Source: Candidatus Bathyarchaeota archaeon (GTDB lineage Archaea; Thermoproteota; Bathyarchaeia; Bathyarchaeales; Bathycorpusculaceae). From it: 64,000 bases of DNA. The notes beneath the pieces were generated by a model, which saw only the letters and a program-made list of their open reading frames with translations, was not told where the DNA came from and did not search any database. Both the position numbers and the translations under genes were made by a program. This document shows positions 9,438 through 19,042 of the stretch, one piece after another (positions within the stretch are counted from its first letter, which is position 1; every line of letters starts with the position of its first letter). Where the stretch lies: the NCBI GenBank assembly GCA_963772455.1, contig CAVYXJ010000007.1:384001-448000 (forward strand). Reading direction: 5' to 3'.

Positions 9438-10366
9438 TTTTTTATCTCCTTTTTACTTTTACATTCATTTAGCCATAGTTCAGTGAACTCTTGGTAATTC
9501 TGGGCTACTTTTTCGACGGCGTCTTTTCTGTTGGTTTTGCCTGCTTTATGCTCTGCCAGAGGATCCCAGAAGATGGTTCGTCCAACTGCAAAACCTATGA
9601 TACCTGGAATTTTTGCGCCTACTTTAAGCCATTCTTGAACCTTCTCTTTGGATTCGCCTCTTCCCAATGTGATAACTCCAACTTTTCTGCCGCCACTTTG
9701 CGCCTGCTTAACTATGGCTTTGGCTGATTCTGGCTTATCTACGCCTTCGAGTTTCCAGATAGCTGGTTCCACACCTGCCCCTTGAATCTCTTTTATTGAG
9801 TCAACCATGAGTTTGGGGCGAAGATCTTGGTCATATTTCTCTTTTGATCCTCCAAGCTTTGCCAGTTGGGCTGCTGTCGATGGAACAATTAATTCAAAGA
9901 GGAACGCTCTCTTCTTTTGCGCTAAGTAATCGCTGAGTTTCTTTAGCCGCGCAAGCTGCCTTTTATTCATGACAGCGTCTCCTTCAGGGTTGTAGCGTAC
10001 GAGAACCTTCACATAACTGGGATCAAAGTCTTCGATATGTTTGGCAAAGTTGTCGCCGTAATCAAAGTCAAATTCATCTTGACCCGACTTCTCAACTGGC
10101 ATTGCAAAGGTTAAGCCTTCTTTTTTGGCTTCCCGAAGTACACTACTTCCAAACTCTTCGTCAACCAGCAGACCAGCAATTTCTTTGGGAACTCTCGTTT
10201 TGACAGACAGTTTGAAACCTTCAAAAATAATTTTTTTGTAGTCTTCAATCTGCTTTTTCTCTTCAGCTGTTGGTAGACGATTTTTTATTCCAAACATTTT
10301 TTCTAGGAAAGATGCTCTGTGGTCAAAGGCTAAGATTAAAAGTTCTTTTTGAGAGTAATCAATCAT
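9434..10366 (-). CDS. DUF2090 / LacD-like class I TIM-barrel aldolase
   Basis: LAFDHRASF, LLVDEEFG, VKVLVRY, WKLEG, LGRG, GFAVGRTIFW; GGAGGT SD before ATG 10366. Confidence 0.82.
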   Translation of the reverse strand: MIDYSQKELLILAFDHRASFLEKMFGIKNRLPTAEEKKQIEDYKKIIFEGFKLSVKTRVPKEIAGLLVDEEFGSSVLREAKKEGLTFAMPVEKSGQDEFDFDYGDNFAKHIEDFDPSYVKVLVRYNPEGDAVMNKRQLARLKKLSDYLAQKKRAFLFELIVPSTAAQLAKLGGSKEKYDQDLRPKLMVDSIKEIQGAGVEPAIWKLEGVDKPESAKAIVKQAQSGGRKVGVITLGRGESKEKVQEWLKVGAKIPGIIGFAVGRTIFWDPLAEHKAGKTNRKDAVEKVAQNYQEFTELWLNECKSKKEIKK

Positions 10367-10608
10367 TTTTTTTACCTCCAATTGGTACTGATTTTTTCTT
10401 GGGTGGCAAAAAGTTTAGAAACAAGACGATGTGCGACTTGTGCGCCGCTATAATATCCATATTTAGAGATCGTGAAACTTTTCGCCACACGTAACCCCAC
10501 GTAAAGCGGTGATCTCAACGCATTTAAGTTTTTCATAAATCGAATTAGCAAAATAATGGAAAAAATGAAATAGACTTACAGCGATTATGTGCAACTGAGG
10601 AGTCAGCG

Positions 10609-11109
10609 TTGAGCGAAGTTAGAGTTGTCACATTAAAAATACCTGAAGAAACCTATCAGGAAATGGCATTGAGAATTCCTGAAGGAGACAGAAGCACATT
10701 TATCCGTGAGGCTATAGTCGAAAAGCTAGAGAAAACACCAAAAGCTGACAAACTCTTAGCCCTCCAAGAGCGAATGAGCAAAATCGAGCAAGAATTCGGT
10801 CAAATAAGAAAATATCTCGCTGATTTGGAAATTCTTACATTCCAACATGGAAAAATTAACCCCCATTCCTTCTGCATCGACGAATTAGATCACAAAATAA
10901 TGGAGTATTTGCTACATTACAAGTCGGCAACTACCCCTGAATTGGCAGACTACATTAAAACAAACCGCTGGCTGATACTTAACAGGCTTCGAAAAATCCA
11001 GAAAACCTCAAAAAAACAAGTTGGAAAATCAATAATTGAATATTTCGCAGGCGAAAAATCCGGCAAGAAGAAGGCTTGGTGGATTGACGATGAATTAATT
11101 CAGGAATAA
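10609..11109 (+). CDS. Transcriptional regulator, ribbon-helix-helix + coiled coil + wHTH
   Basis: VVTLKIPEE...RSTFIREAI (RHH); DELDHKIMEYL...TTPELA (wHTH). Confidence 0.7.
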   Translation: MSEVRVVTLKIPEETYQEMALRIPEGDRSTFIREAIVEKLEKTPKADKLLALQERMSKIEQEFGQIRKYLADLEILTFQHGKINPHSFCIDELDHKIMEYLLHYKSATTPELADYIKTNRWLILNRLRKIQKTSKKQVGKSIIEYFAGEKSGKKKAWWIDDELIQE

Positions 11110-11151
11110 GTTAGCTTTAAATCAGAAAGGCATGTTTGATTTTGCAGTCAT

Positions 11152-11230
11152 GGGCTCGTAGTCTAGCACGGATTAAGGCATCGGCCTCCGGAGCCGAGAA
11201 TCCTGGGTTCAAATCCCAGCGGGCCCGCCA
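11152..11230 (+). tRNA. tRNA-Arg(CCG)
   Basis: Acceptor GGGCTCG/CGGGCCC, anticodon arm TCGGC-CTCCGGA-GCCGA, T-arm CTGGG-TTCAAAT-CCCAG, encoded CCA. Confidence 0.96.
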
Positions 11231-11365
11231 CCCCTCGTGCGAATATGTACTTTCTCAGTTGAATCTAAAAGAGACTTGTAACTTTAGGCACAGCTTAAAC
11301 CCAACATAAAACTTCAAAAACAGTATTCTTATATCTGCAAGGCACGACAATTAGCACGAATAGAT

Positions 11366-11570
11366 ATGAATATCAAAGTGGTGGTCGGTCTCGACCTATT
11401 GCTACCGCGGGTCTATTTCTACTCATTATTGGCTTATTGCTTGCTGTTTTTTATGCCGTTATGTGCTCCGTTATGACAATTCTGCACATCAACTAAGTGA
11501 TTTTGTGTTTGTTGCTTTGGGAATATCGGTTCAATTAGTTGGCTTAGGTCTTATAGTCTGGAAGAAATGA
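11366..11570 (+). pseudogene. Possible frameshifted small membrane protein
   Basis: Hydrophobic MNIKVVVG...LLIIGLLLAVF continues in another frame as ...FVFVALGISVQLVGLGLIVWKK*. Confidence 0.3.
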
Positions 11571-11858
11571 GTTATTGACGGGTAATTGCTAAAGTAAGTA
11601 GCCTCTTTGAAAACCTAAACGGGGTAGGAATCGTACTTCAACTCAAAAGCCCATCCCCAGTACAAAAACTGATATGAATGGGTATGGTTCGGTTCTCCAA
11701 ACAGACTTGAACATTAAAAGTCGGATTGTTAGGTTTAGGAGAGAGTTAGTTTTTGGTTCGAGTTCCACCAGGGTTGCGCTCTTCGATATTATAAGTGCAT
11801 TCTCAACTTTTCCATGTCAATTTCCATGGATTTTTAGTTCAGCTATGCACCCATTAGG

Positions 11859-13853
11859 TTATTCAAATTGCATGCGACCAAAAAAGGATTTAACGGATGC
11901 ACTGATAGTCATTTTTTGACGATTGGATGAGCTTACCCTTTTTCTACTTTTGCCAAGTCCAACAATGACTAAGACTACTCCTATAACCAAAACTGCCCCG
12001 ATAAAAACCAACTCTAAAATTCCGAAAAATGGCGTCAACGGTAAACCGAACACTTCACCATACGAAGGATAAGATACCTGGCGAAGGGCATCCATCACTC
12101 GCCCTGAATCAGCCCAAACCCTCACGGTCACGGCAGTTGTGTAGTCAGGATAGGTTTTGTCAAGAGGAACCTGCACAACCCAGCAGGGAAAAAGCGTTTG
12201 GGGGTCCCTCAGAACTGTCGCTAAACTTGCTGTGGAGCCATCGCCAATTCCTAAGCCGCTTACAACCGCAGATGCTGTCGGGTTCAGGGGCGCCATATAA
12301 CTGTAACCTTTAACATAATTTTCCGCGATTTTGATTGCCTGCGCCTCTGAAATACTTATTGAAGTATCTCCAATTTGGTAGAGAGCTCGGGTATCTGAAA
12401 AGAAGATTTCATGTATGTTTTCTCTTCCTTCTTCAAAAAGCAATTCAACTCCCTTATAGTCAGCGCCATTAAAGTAATGGTACCAGCCATATGACTGCTG
12501 GCTATAGGAATTGAAGAAATGCTGCCGTGTTCCATTTCTTCCAACAAACAGCAGGTTACTTGAAATCACGATTGAACTGTCTGCGGTGCCAACATTAAGT
12601 GACATTTGCTCTACTTCTGGGTCGCCAGTCCAAAAGTAGTAATTATGAATTATGCTTTGTGTCTTTTCCGAGTAGTTGCTCAAGCTGCTGTTGGCAAGTA
12701 AAATCTTTCCATAGCAGAACAAATCGCAGTAAACGATGTTACCATCGACGACTGTAACACTTGCTTCAACAGACCTGTGCCCATAACTTTGAAGCTCATA
12801 CTCTAGGTATTCTGTTGGTTGGTAGGCTAAAGGTGTTGACATCTTGTCGGGGGCAATAGAGGTTTGATAGTCAAATGAGGAAAGCACTGGCGTATACATG
12901 TTCATGTCAAGCCCCAATACGTCCTTAAAGAAAGATACTGCCTTTGCTTGACTGCTTAAGTTTGGTGCCTCAGCAGCCTGCTTTGTCAGGTAGTATGGCA
13001 CAGTTGGAATTGGCTTGTCAATGTTGACCTGTGAGGTAAGTGGGTAACGGTCAATGAAACTAAAATCTGGAGCGATAGCATCAAAGTTTGTAAATATTAT
13101 TTTTGGTGTCGCTCCAATGCCTGAGCTGTCTCTTGCCCCAGTGTAGTCGCTCCAGTAGTTACCGCTTACACTGTTGTCCCAAGGCAAAATTTGGCTCTGG
13201 TCAGGTCTTCCACGTGTGCTGATTGTTCCATCATCAAGCTCTACTGTGTTGTTAATGAAGTTGTTACCATAAATCATTTGGTTCCACGCTTGAGCGATAA
13301 GAACAACGGCGCGCTCAGAACAGTTTTCTATAGTGTTTTGAACAACTAGGTTAGCAGAATCATAGAAACAAACACCATGTTGGTTATCAACTATTTTGTT
13401 ACCTGCAATATAGTTTAATCCTCCAGGACCAATCAAAATTGCGCCAACATTGTTTTCGATGTCGTTTTCAATTATTAGGCAATATTGAGCATAGATTTTT
13501 ATGGCGTAATCACTGCATTGGTTAATAACACAGTTTTTCACCGTATTATTATCATAAACTCCCAAGATGCCACATTTCCAATTTACAAACCTGAAATCTT
13601 GAATAGTAACATTTTCGCATTCTAATTCTATTGCAACAGTCCTTCCATCGCCGACCATGGTATATCCTTTGCCGTCGAGGATTATGTTGCTTGATTTTAC
13701 ATCTAATGGGGTGCTAAGATCTGAGGTTAAGGTGTAGAGACTACCATTTCGGTTTATCGGTGCTAATATGGGGTTTATGCTTCCGTCTGGGTTAATGATT
13801 ATTGGTTGTGCGGTGGTTGGGGAAGCGATTGGGAGAGCGGCTATTGAAAACAA
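11859..13853 (-). CDS. Secreted NosD/parallel beta-helix surface protein with C-terminal TM anchor
   Basis: IIINPDGSI, repeated NN.I.N beta-helix, GNYWSDY, IDRYPL, C-terminal TM; signal-peptide-like stretch continues upstream of 13853. Confidence 0.8.
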   Translation of the reverse strand: MFSIAALPIASPTTAQPIIINPDGSINPILAPINRNGSLYTLTSDLSTPLDVKSSNIILDGKGYTMVGDGRTVAIELECENVTIQDFRFVNWKCGILGVYDNNTVKNCVINQCSDYAIKIYAQYCLIIENDIENNVGAILIGPGGLNYIAGNKIVDNQHGVCFYDSANLVVQNTIENCSERAVVLIAQAWNQMIYGNNFINNTVELDDGTISTRGRPDQSQILPWDNSVSGNYWSDYTGARDSSGIGATPKIIFTNFDAIAPDFSFIDRYPLTSQVNIDKPIPTVPYYLTKQAAEAPNLSSQAKAVSFFKDVLGLDMNMYTPVLSSFDYQTSIAPDKMSTPLAYQPTEYLEYELQSYGHRSVEASVTVVDGNIVYCDLFCYGKILLANSSLSNYSEKTQSIIHNYYFWTGDPEVEQMSLNVGTADSSIVISSNLLFVGRNGTRQHFFNSYSQQSYGWYHYFNGADYKGVELLFEEGRENIHEIFFSDTRALYQIGDTSISISEAQAIKIAENYVKGYSYMAPLNPTASAVVSGLGIGDGSTASLATVLRDPQTLFPCWVVQVPLDKTYPDYTTAVTVRVWADSGRVMDALRQVSYPSYGEVFGLPLTPFFGILELVFIGAVLVIGVVLVIVGLGKSRKRVSSSNRQKMTISASVKSFFGRMQFE

Positions 13854-14012
13854 GATCGTTAGAGTAAGTAAGATTGCCGAGGTTTTTCTTAAGTTACCGA
13901 GCCCCTGTTGTAAATGAAATATTTATAGATTTAAGATTTGGGGAAAGTATGCGATAACTTAGAAGGGGCATAATCGCCAGCGCAAACTAGAAAGCAGTTA
14001 CTTAATAACAAA

Positions 14013-14561
14013 TTATATAGTTCGACCAATTAGAAGAATTATAAAGATTGCACTTGCATGCAAGAGAAACACTAAAATTATGAATTTCTTGATTGACACA
14101 TTTTTTTTTGATGCCATCAACATTATACCCATTTCGGTTGGAAACGGAGAGGCGATTAGAATTCCAGCAAGGGTCGCAAGCAAATACCCTCTAATAGAAT
14201 CAGGTATCCATCTATTAACAGTTAAAACAATTTTTTCTTTTGAGAGTTTTTCTACTTCATCACTAAAGCCATGTTTGACGAAAAAGAAGAGGAAAATGTC
14301 ACTTATCAAAGCCCCAATTCCAGCTATTAGTCCTGCAAAGAGTAGGTTTTGTTCTTTTGCGAGAATGAGCAATATCCCTGTACCTGCAGCCGAAGTTAAT
14401 GCATAGGGGTATAGTAGACCTGAAAGAAAAGTTCCAAAATACCCCATGAATATAAGGGCATCATGCAATGGCTTGTATGCTAGACCAGAAAAAAGGAAGT
14501 ACACTAAGATTATGCTTATTATAAACAACGAAAGTTTAGGATACCTAATTATTCCGCGCAC
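14013..14561 (-). CDS. Multi-pass membrane protein, unknown function
   Basis: About 5 hydrophobic segments; start at GTG 14561 is tentative. Confidence 0.6.
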   Translation of the reverse strand: MRGIIRYPKLSLFIISIILVYFLFSGLAYKPLHDALIFMGYFGTFLSGLLYPYALTSAAGTGILLILAKEQNLLFAGLIAGIGALISDIFLFFFVKHGFSDEVEKLSKEKIVLTVNRWIPDSIRGYLLATLAGILIASPFPTEMGIMLMASKKNVSIKKFIILVFLLHASAIFIILLIGRTI

Positions 14562-14709
14562 AAAACATTCATCGTTAAATACTATAATACTCGATAAGAA
14601 GACATACAATAAATAAGCTGCGTAACACTTAAAGATAAAAAACGTAGCGCTCAGCAAACTTACTGTCTATCGTTTTTTAACTAGAAATGGGAAAATGAGG
14701 ATTCTCAAA

Positions 14710-14800
14710 GGGTTCAAATCCCAACCCCAACAGAATAATAAGGCTGTAGTGAGGTCAATGATTCCCTTAAATATTTAGGCGCATCCCAGCGAACCCGCCA
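14710..14800 (+). repeat. Two partial direct repeats of the tRNA-Arg 3' end (att-like scars)
   Basis: GGGTTCAAATCCCA 14710-14723 = 11205-11218 (14/14); ATCCCAGCGAACCCGCCA 14783-14800 vs 11213-11230 (16/18). Confidence 0.7.
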
Positions 14801-14807
14801 CAACTTG

Positions 14808-16286
14808 TTAAAACAAGTTTTTGAGGTATTTTAAGATGAGTTGGGGTTGGTTAAAGGCAGTTCGTAACGCCTTGCCTGGATTCTTGATATGACCTATCAG
14901 CGACAATTTTTTGTACTCAGCAAGCGCCTTAGCCGCAATTTCCTTGACATCTGAAGGTGTAAATTCGTTTGTTGTAATGAGAGGCATGCCTTTTGGTTGT
15001 CTTGCTTGGGCAAAAGAATTCCATGTAATATCTTGTTGAAGGTATCCTTTGATTTTGCAGTCTTCGTAAAGTTTAGTGCCAAAAGATGGAGTTGCCATAA
15101 AAAGGTGCATACCAACATCGTATTTACTTTTAAGCTCTAAAGCGAAATCGACTGTGCGTTGCATATTCGCAATGGTCTCACCGGGGAACCCAATAATATA
15201 GAAGGCCCCAGTTTTTAAGCCGATTTGTTTGGCATCTTTAGCGAATTGAACTACGCGATTTAGGTCAAGGCTTTTGCAGATTACGTTGTCGAGAATTTGT
15301 TGGTCGCCTGATTCTACGCCGACAAAAATGCTATTCGCGCCTGACATCTTCATCTTCTTAAGCAAATTCAGATTTAGACAGTCCGCACGGACACCATTTG
15401 GAGTTTCCCAACCTATCTTGATTTTTCGTTCGATTATTCCATCACAGATCGCTTCAAACCGTTTAATATCCAATGTTAAATTGTCATCTTCAAAGAAGAT
15501 GTTTTTAACCTTAAACTTGTCAACAACATATTGAATATGGTTTAAGACATATTCAGCTGAGTTTGCTCTGAAATTCTGTCCCATGTGCAAGTGAACTGAG
15601 CAAAAGCAACAATTAAACGGACAGCCTCGGCTTGTAATCATAGATATTGCTCGTTCTTGAAAGCTTCGATAACCAATCTTCTTTGGGTTAATGTATAACT
15701 CCATATCAACAAGGTCGTACGCTGGGTAGGGTAATTCATCTAGTTTCTGTATGAAAGGCCTTGTTGGATTAATGATGACCTCTCCGTTTTGGCGGTAAGC
15801 AATTCCAAGTATTTGACTGAATTGTCTTTTTCCTTCAAACGCCTCAGAAATTTCAAGCATTGCATATTCGCCCTCTCCGACTACCGCAATATCAACATTG
15901 GGCGCATCCTCTAGGAATTCTTTGGGCACCAACGTCACGTGTGGACCTCCCACGACAGTTAGGATTTTTTGGTTAACTTGTTTAGCGATGTTACTGATTT
16001 TTATCGCGTTATCTATTTGACATGTGAATGGTCCAGCGATGCCAACAATATCGGGTTTTTTCAGCTCAATTTCTTGTTTTATTTGGTCAAAAGGTAAGCC
16101 TACGTTTATGGTTTCGCCGTTCTCTTGGAATGCACATTCAGAAATGAACGCATCCAAAATTTCAACTATATAGCCTTCTTTTTTTAGCACTGCAGCTATG
16201 TACATTAAACCAATTGGCAGGTTTCCGGCGGGTTGCTCCGAGCCTGAGTAAAAAGTCTGTGGCGGATTAATAAGAAGTATTTTCAT
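14808..16286 (-). CDS. B12-binding domain radical SAM protein
   Basis: MKILLINPP, PIGLMYIAA, GGPH, GEGE, SRGCPFNCCFC, GVESG, GFPGET. Confidence 0.9.
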   Translation of the reverse strand: MKILLINPPQTFYSGSEQPAGNLPIGLMYIAAVLKKEGYIVEILDAFISECAFQENGETINVGLPFDQIKQEIELKKPDIVGIAGPFTCQIDNAIKISNIAKQVNQKILTVVGGPHVTLVPKEFLEDAPNVDIAVVGEGEYAMLEISEAFEGKRQFSQILGIAYRQNGEVIINPTRPFIQKLDELPYPAYDLVDMELYINPKKIGYRSFQERAISMITSRGCPFNCCFCSVHLHMGQNFRANSAEYVLNHIQYVVDKFKVKNIFFEDDNLTLDIKRFEAICDGIIERKIKIGWETPNGVRADCLNLNLLKKMKMSGANSIFVGVESGDQQILDNVICKSLDLNRVVQFAKDAKQIGLKTGAFYIIGFPGETIANMQRTVDFALELKSKYDVGMHLFMATPSFGTKLYEDCKIKGYLQQDITWNSFAQARQPKGMPLITTNEFTPSDVKEIAAKALAEYKKLSLIGHIKNPGKALRTAFNQPQLILKYLKNLF

Positions 16287-16523
16287 CGGTTTTTGAACCC
16301 AATGAGGATGTATTTGACATGCCGGTATATTTAAGTAACTTAGGAATTTAGATTGCGCCAACCACTCAATAGTTGGCAGCTGTTTTATGCCTATTTTCAG
16401 TGAAATATCAATTTTTTAAACGTAGTTGACATGTTACTGCTATGTAACTACAACATAAGTTTATGAATCGTCGCTCGGGTCTAGTCACGTTAACTTTTGG
16501 CAATATAGTAGGAGGTGAATTTT

Positions 16524-16841
16524 TTGGTTATTCGAACTGAAGAGCGAAAAGGGAAAATGACCGTCGCTGAAGCAGGCAGGAAAGGCGGAGAAAAAACTGC
16601 TTCAACTCATGGACGAGAATTTTACGAAGAAATAGGTCGCAAAGGAGGAGAAAAAGTTTCAATGGAGCGCGGTCCAGAATTCTACAGTGAAATCGGTAGC
16701 AAAGGTGGTTCTGAGAGAGCTAAACAACATGAAGGATCAGCAGAGGCTATAGGAAAAACAAGTCTTGAAGAAGCAGGTCATCGCGGCGGGCAAAGAGTTC
16801 GACGACTTATTCAGGCAGGAAAAAAGCATGAGAAAGAATAA
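16524..16841 (+). CDS. KGG-repeat general stress protein (GsiB/Em-like)
   Basis: EAGRKGG, EFYEEIGRKGG, EFYSEIGSKGG repeats; GGAGGTG SD before TTG. Confidence 0.85.
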   Translation: MVIRTEERKGKMTVAEAGRKGGEKTASTHGREFYEEIGRKGGEKVSMERGPEFYSEIGSKGGSERAKQHEGSAEAIGKTSLEEAGHRGGQRVRRLIQAGKKHEKE

Positions 16842-16968
16842 TCAACCTTTTCCCATGATAGTTCTGCGATTTGAGCTCATGTTTTTTCTCATTTCCTCAA
16901 GATTCAATTAGTTTTTTTTAATGTATAACAAACAAAATGTTGAAATAAGTTGGCTCTTAATTTTAATT

Positions 16969-17412
16969 ATGACAAAAGCACTTGTTCTTTATTATAGTCG
17001 AACTGGAAACACAGAAAAAATGGCAAATGCAATTGCTGAGGCAATAAAGAGCAGCGGCAAAGTTGAAGTAGAAATTAATTATCATGTAGATCCTCAAGAA
17101 CTAAGGTCATATGATGCAATCATTGTTGGGGCACCAACTTACAATCATGACATGCCCATGGACTTCAAGACTCTCTTTGTTGAAGTTGCTGTTGAAGGCA
17201 TTAGTTTGAAAAATAAGATAGGTGCAGTCTTTGGTTCCTATGGATGGAGCGGCGAAGCACCCAAACTTATTCTGGAAATAATGAAATTCAAGTTTGAAAT
17301 GAAAACTATCGAACCACCTTTGCTTGTCAAAAACACTCCTGATCAAAATGCACTCAACGAATGCAGGAACCTTGGAATAAAAGTTTCCGAAAGCTTGATG
17401 AATCGGACTTAA
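16969..17412 (+). CDS. Flavodoxin-domain protein
   Basis: YYSRTGNTEKMA, GAPTY, FGSYGWSGEA. Confidence 0.9.
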   Translation: MTKALVLYYSRTGNTEKMANAIAEAIKSSGKVEVEINYHVDPQELRSYDAIIVGAPTYNHDMPMDFKTLFVEVAVEGISLKNKIGAVFGSYGWSGEAPKLILEIMKFKFEMKTIEPPLLVKNTPDQNALNECRNLGIKVSESLMNRT

Positions 17413-17437
17413 CAATAAAATTTAGGAGAAAAGTTTT

Positions 17438-17923
17438 ATGGAAAAAAAGAAGGACAATCTTCTTGATTTTTTGAAGAACCAAATTACTGTTGAAAACGAC
17501 ATAGTAGCTTCTCTTGAAAAAGCACTTATCGGAATGAAGAACCCAGCTGTCAAAGGAGTATTGAAAGGCGTATCGTTGGATTCGGTTAAGCATGCAGAAC
17601 TTTACACTGCAGCCATTACCTTGTTAACCAATGCATCGACGGCGTTAACTCAGGATAATCTTGACCAACAAACAGCTTTAGTCAAGAAACATATTGAGAT
17701 AGAAGCCAAATTAATACAGAAACTTCAAACCATGATACCCACTATTGAAAACGAGAAAGTTATCTTCCTCTTGAAAGCAATTTTGAATGATGAGGTTAGA
17801 CACCATGCTATGCTAAAGATGGTTCTTGAAATAATTGTTCATGGGGAAACTATAACAGAGGCTGATTGGTGGAAGATGCTCTGGGAAAACGTTCCATTCC
17901 ATGGCGCTCCTGGCGGCGGATAA
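17438..17923 (+). CDS. Ferritin-like (rubrerythrin-type) domain protein
   Basis: E...DSVKH and E...DEVRHH diiron-like helix pairs. Confidence 0.75.
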   Translation: MEKKKDNLLDFLKNQITVENDIVASLEKALIGMKNPAVKGVLKGVSLDSVKHAELYTAAITLLTNASTALTQDNLDQQTALVKKHIEIEAKLIQKLQTMIPTIENEKVIFLLKAILNDEVRHHAMLKMVLEIIVHGETITEADWWKMLWENVPFHGAPGGG

Positions 17924-17945
17924 AAACAAAAAATTTGGAGTTTTT

Positions 17946-18893
17946 CTAGGCAATATCTTTGCTATTAATGACTTGTTGCGAATAACTCCAGGTCTCATCT
18001 ACTATTTGCTGAAGACCTTCCAAAACAGATGCTAAATTTTCTCCTTTGCTAGTTAAACCGTATGCTTTGGGAGTTTTTCTTACGAACACCAGTTTTTTCC
18101 CTTTTAATCCCCTTAGATACTTGTAGGTTCTTCTCATTGATAATTCTGTTTCTTTAGCAAGTTTTCCTGCAGATATTCCTTGTTCGTAAATGCTGTCATA
18201 TACTTTTCGTTCTGTTTCTGTCAAGGTTTCTTTTTCAGAGTTACGTTTAGATTTAAAGAAGAAAATGTAGTCTCGATCTTCAGGGGTTTCTATTAACCCA
18301 ACAGATCTCAGGCGTTTTAGGATTCGCGACGCAATTTTTGAAGAGATTAGGCTTTCTATTGCTTCGAAAGTTTTAGGTCCTGTTAGTAAAGCTCGAAGAA
18401 GTGTTTCCTCGTAGCATTCAGAATGGGCTGGGAGCATTTCAGCAAATTCTGGAAATGACTCAATTAAATGTGTTAATCGCCCGCCGAATGTAGTTGCATA
18501 GTATTCGTCTCGTGATTCAGTTGCCAATCCAACTGCCATTAAAGGTTGTAGGTATTCTTCGTTTATTGTATCTTGGCTATGTGTATGACCATTTTTTTTG
18601 AGTTCTTGTTGAAGTTGACTAACTGAGTATCTACCGTTTACTATTGCGTTTAGAATGTGGAGTCTTGTTTGGTTTTTTAGAACGTTATATAATTCTTTTA
18701 TGTAATTTGGATTATCCATTGTTTCGCGGAGTTTTCTTAATTCATTTTTTAATTTATACACTTGACAGCGAGTTATGCATTCAAGCGGTGAGGTTGGTGC
18801 ACAGTTTCTGCATTCTGCATCTAGTGAACTGAGCATTCCTGCTAGGTCTTTGTTGTTTTCGCTGTTTCGGATTGTTGAAAGTACGTTACCCAT
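17946..18893 (-). CDS. Cys-cluster + multiple winged-helix domain protein
   Basis: CRNC-x6-CITRC at N-terminus, then three wHTH-like segments. Confidence 0.6.
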   Translation of the reverse strand: MGNVLSTIRNSENNKDLAGMLSSLDAECRNCAPTSPLECITRCQVYKLKNELRKLRETMDNPNYIKELYNVLKNQTRLHILNAIVNGRYSVSQLQQELKKNGHTHSQDTINEEYLQPLMAVGLATESRDEYYATTFGGRLTHLIESFPEFAEMLPAHSECYEETLLRALLTGPKTFEAIESLISSKIASRILKRLRSVGLIETPEDRDYIFFFKSKRNSEKETLTETERKVYDSIYEQGISAGKLAKETELSMRRTYKYLRGLKGKKLVFVRKTPKAYGLTSKGENLASVLEGLQQIVDETWSYSQQVINSKDIA

Positions 18894-18976
18894 TTATTTA
18901 TTTCTCCTATGGCGTGTGTTAGAAGGGTGATGAGTGGTGGTATGGTTTGAAGGTGTTTTGACCGCTGCCACCCCAC

Positions 18977-19018
18977 TTGACACGCGTCATAATCTATGAC
19001 AGGCGTCATGTTTAAATA
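18977..19018. promoter_or_regulatory. Twin palindromic operator TGAC-N4-GTCA next to a TATA box
   Basis: TTGACACGCGTCAT 18977-18990, ATGACAGGCGTCAT 18996-19009, TTTAAATA 19011-19018. Confidence 0.7.
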
Positions 19019-19042
19019 AGTTTCTCCCAAAAGTAAACGTAA

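Noticed and set aside
11674-11919. 81-aa ORF in the tRNA-Arg islet
   Set aside because: No motif and it overlaps the 3' end of the convergent surface-protein gene
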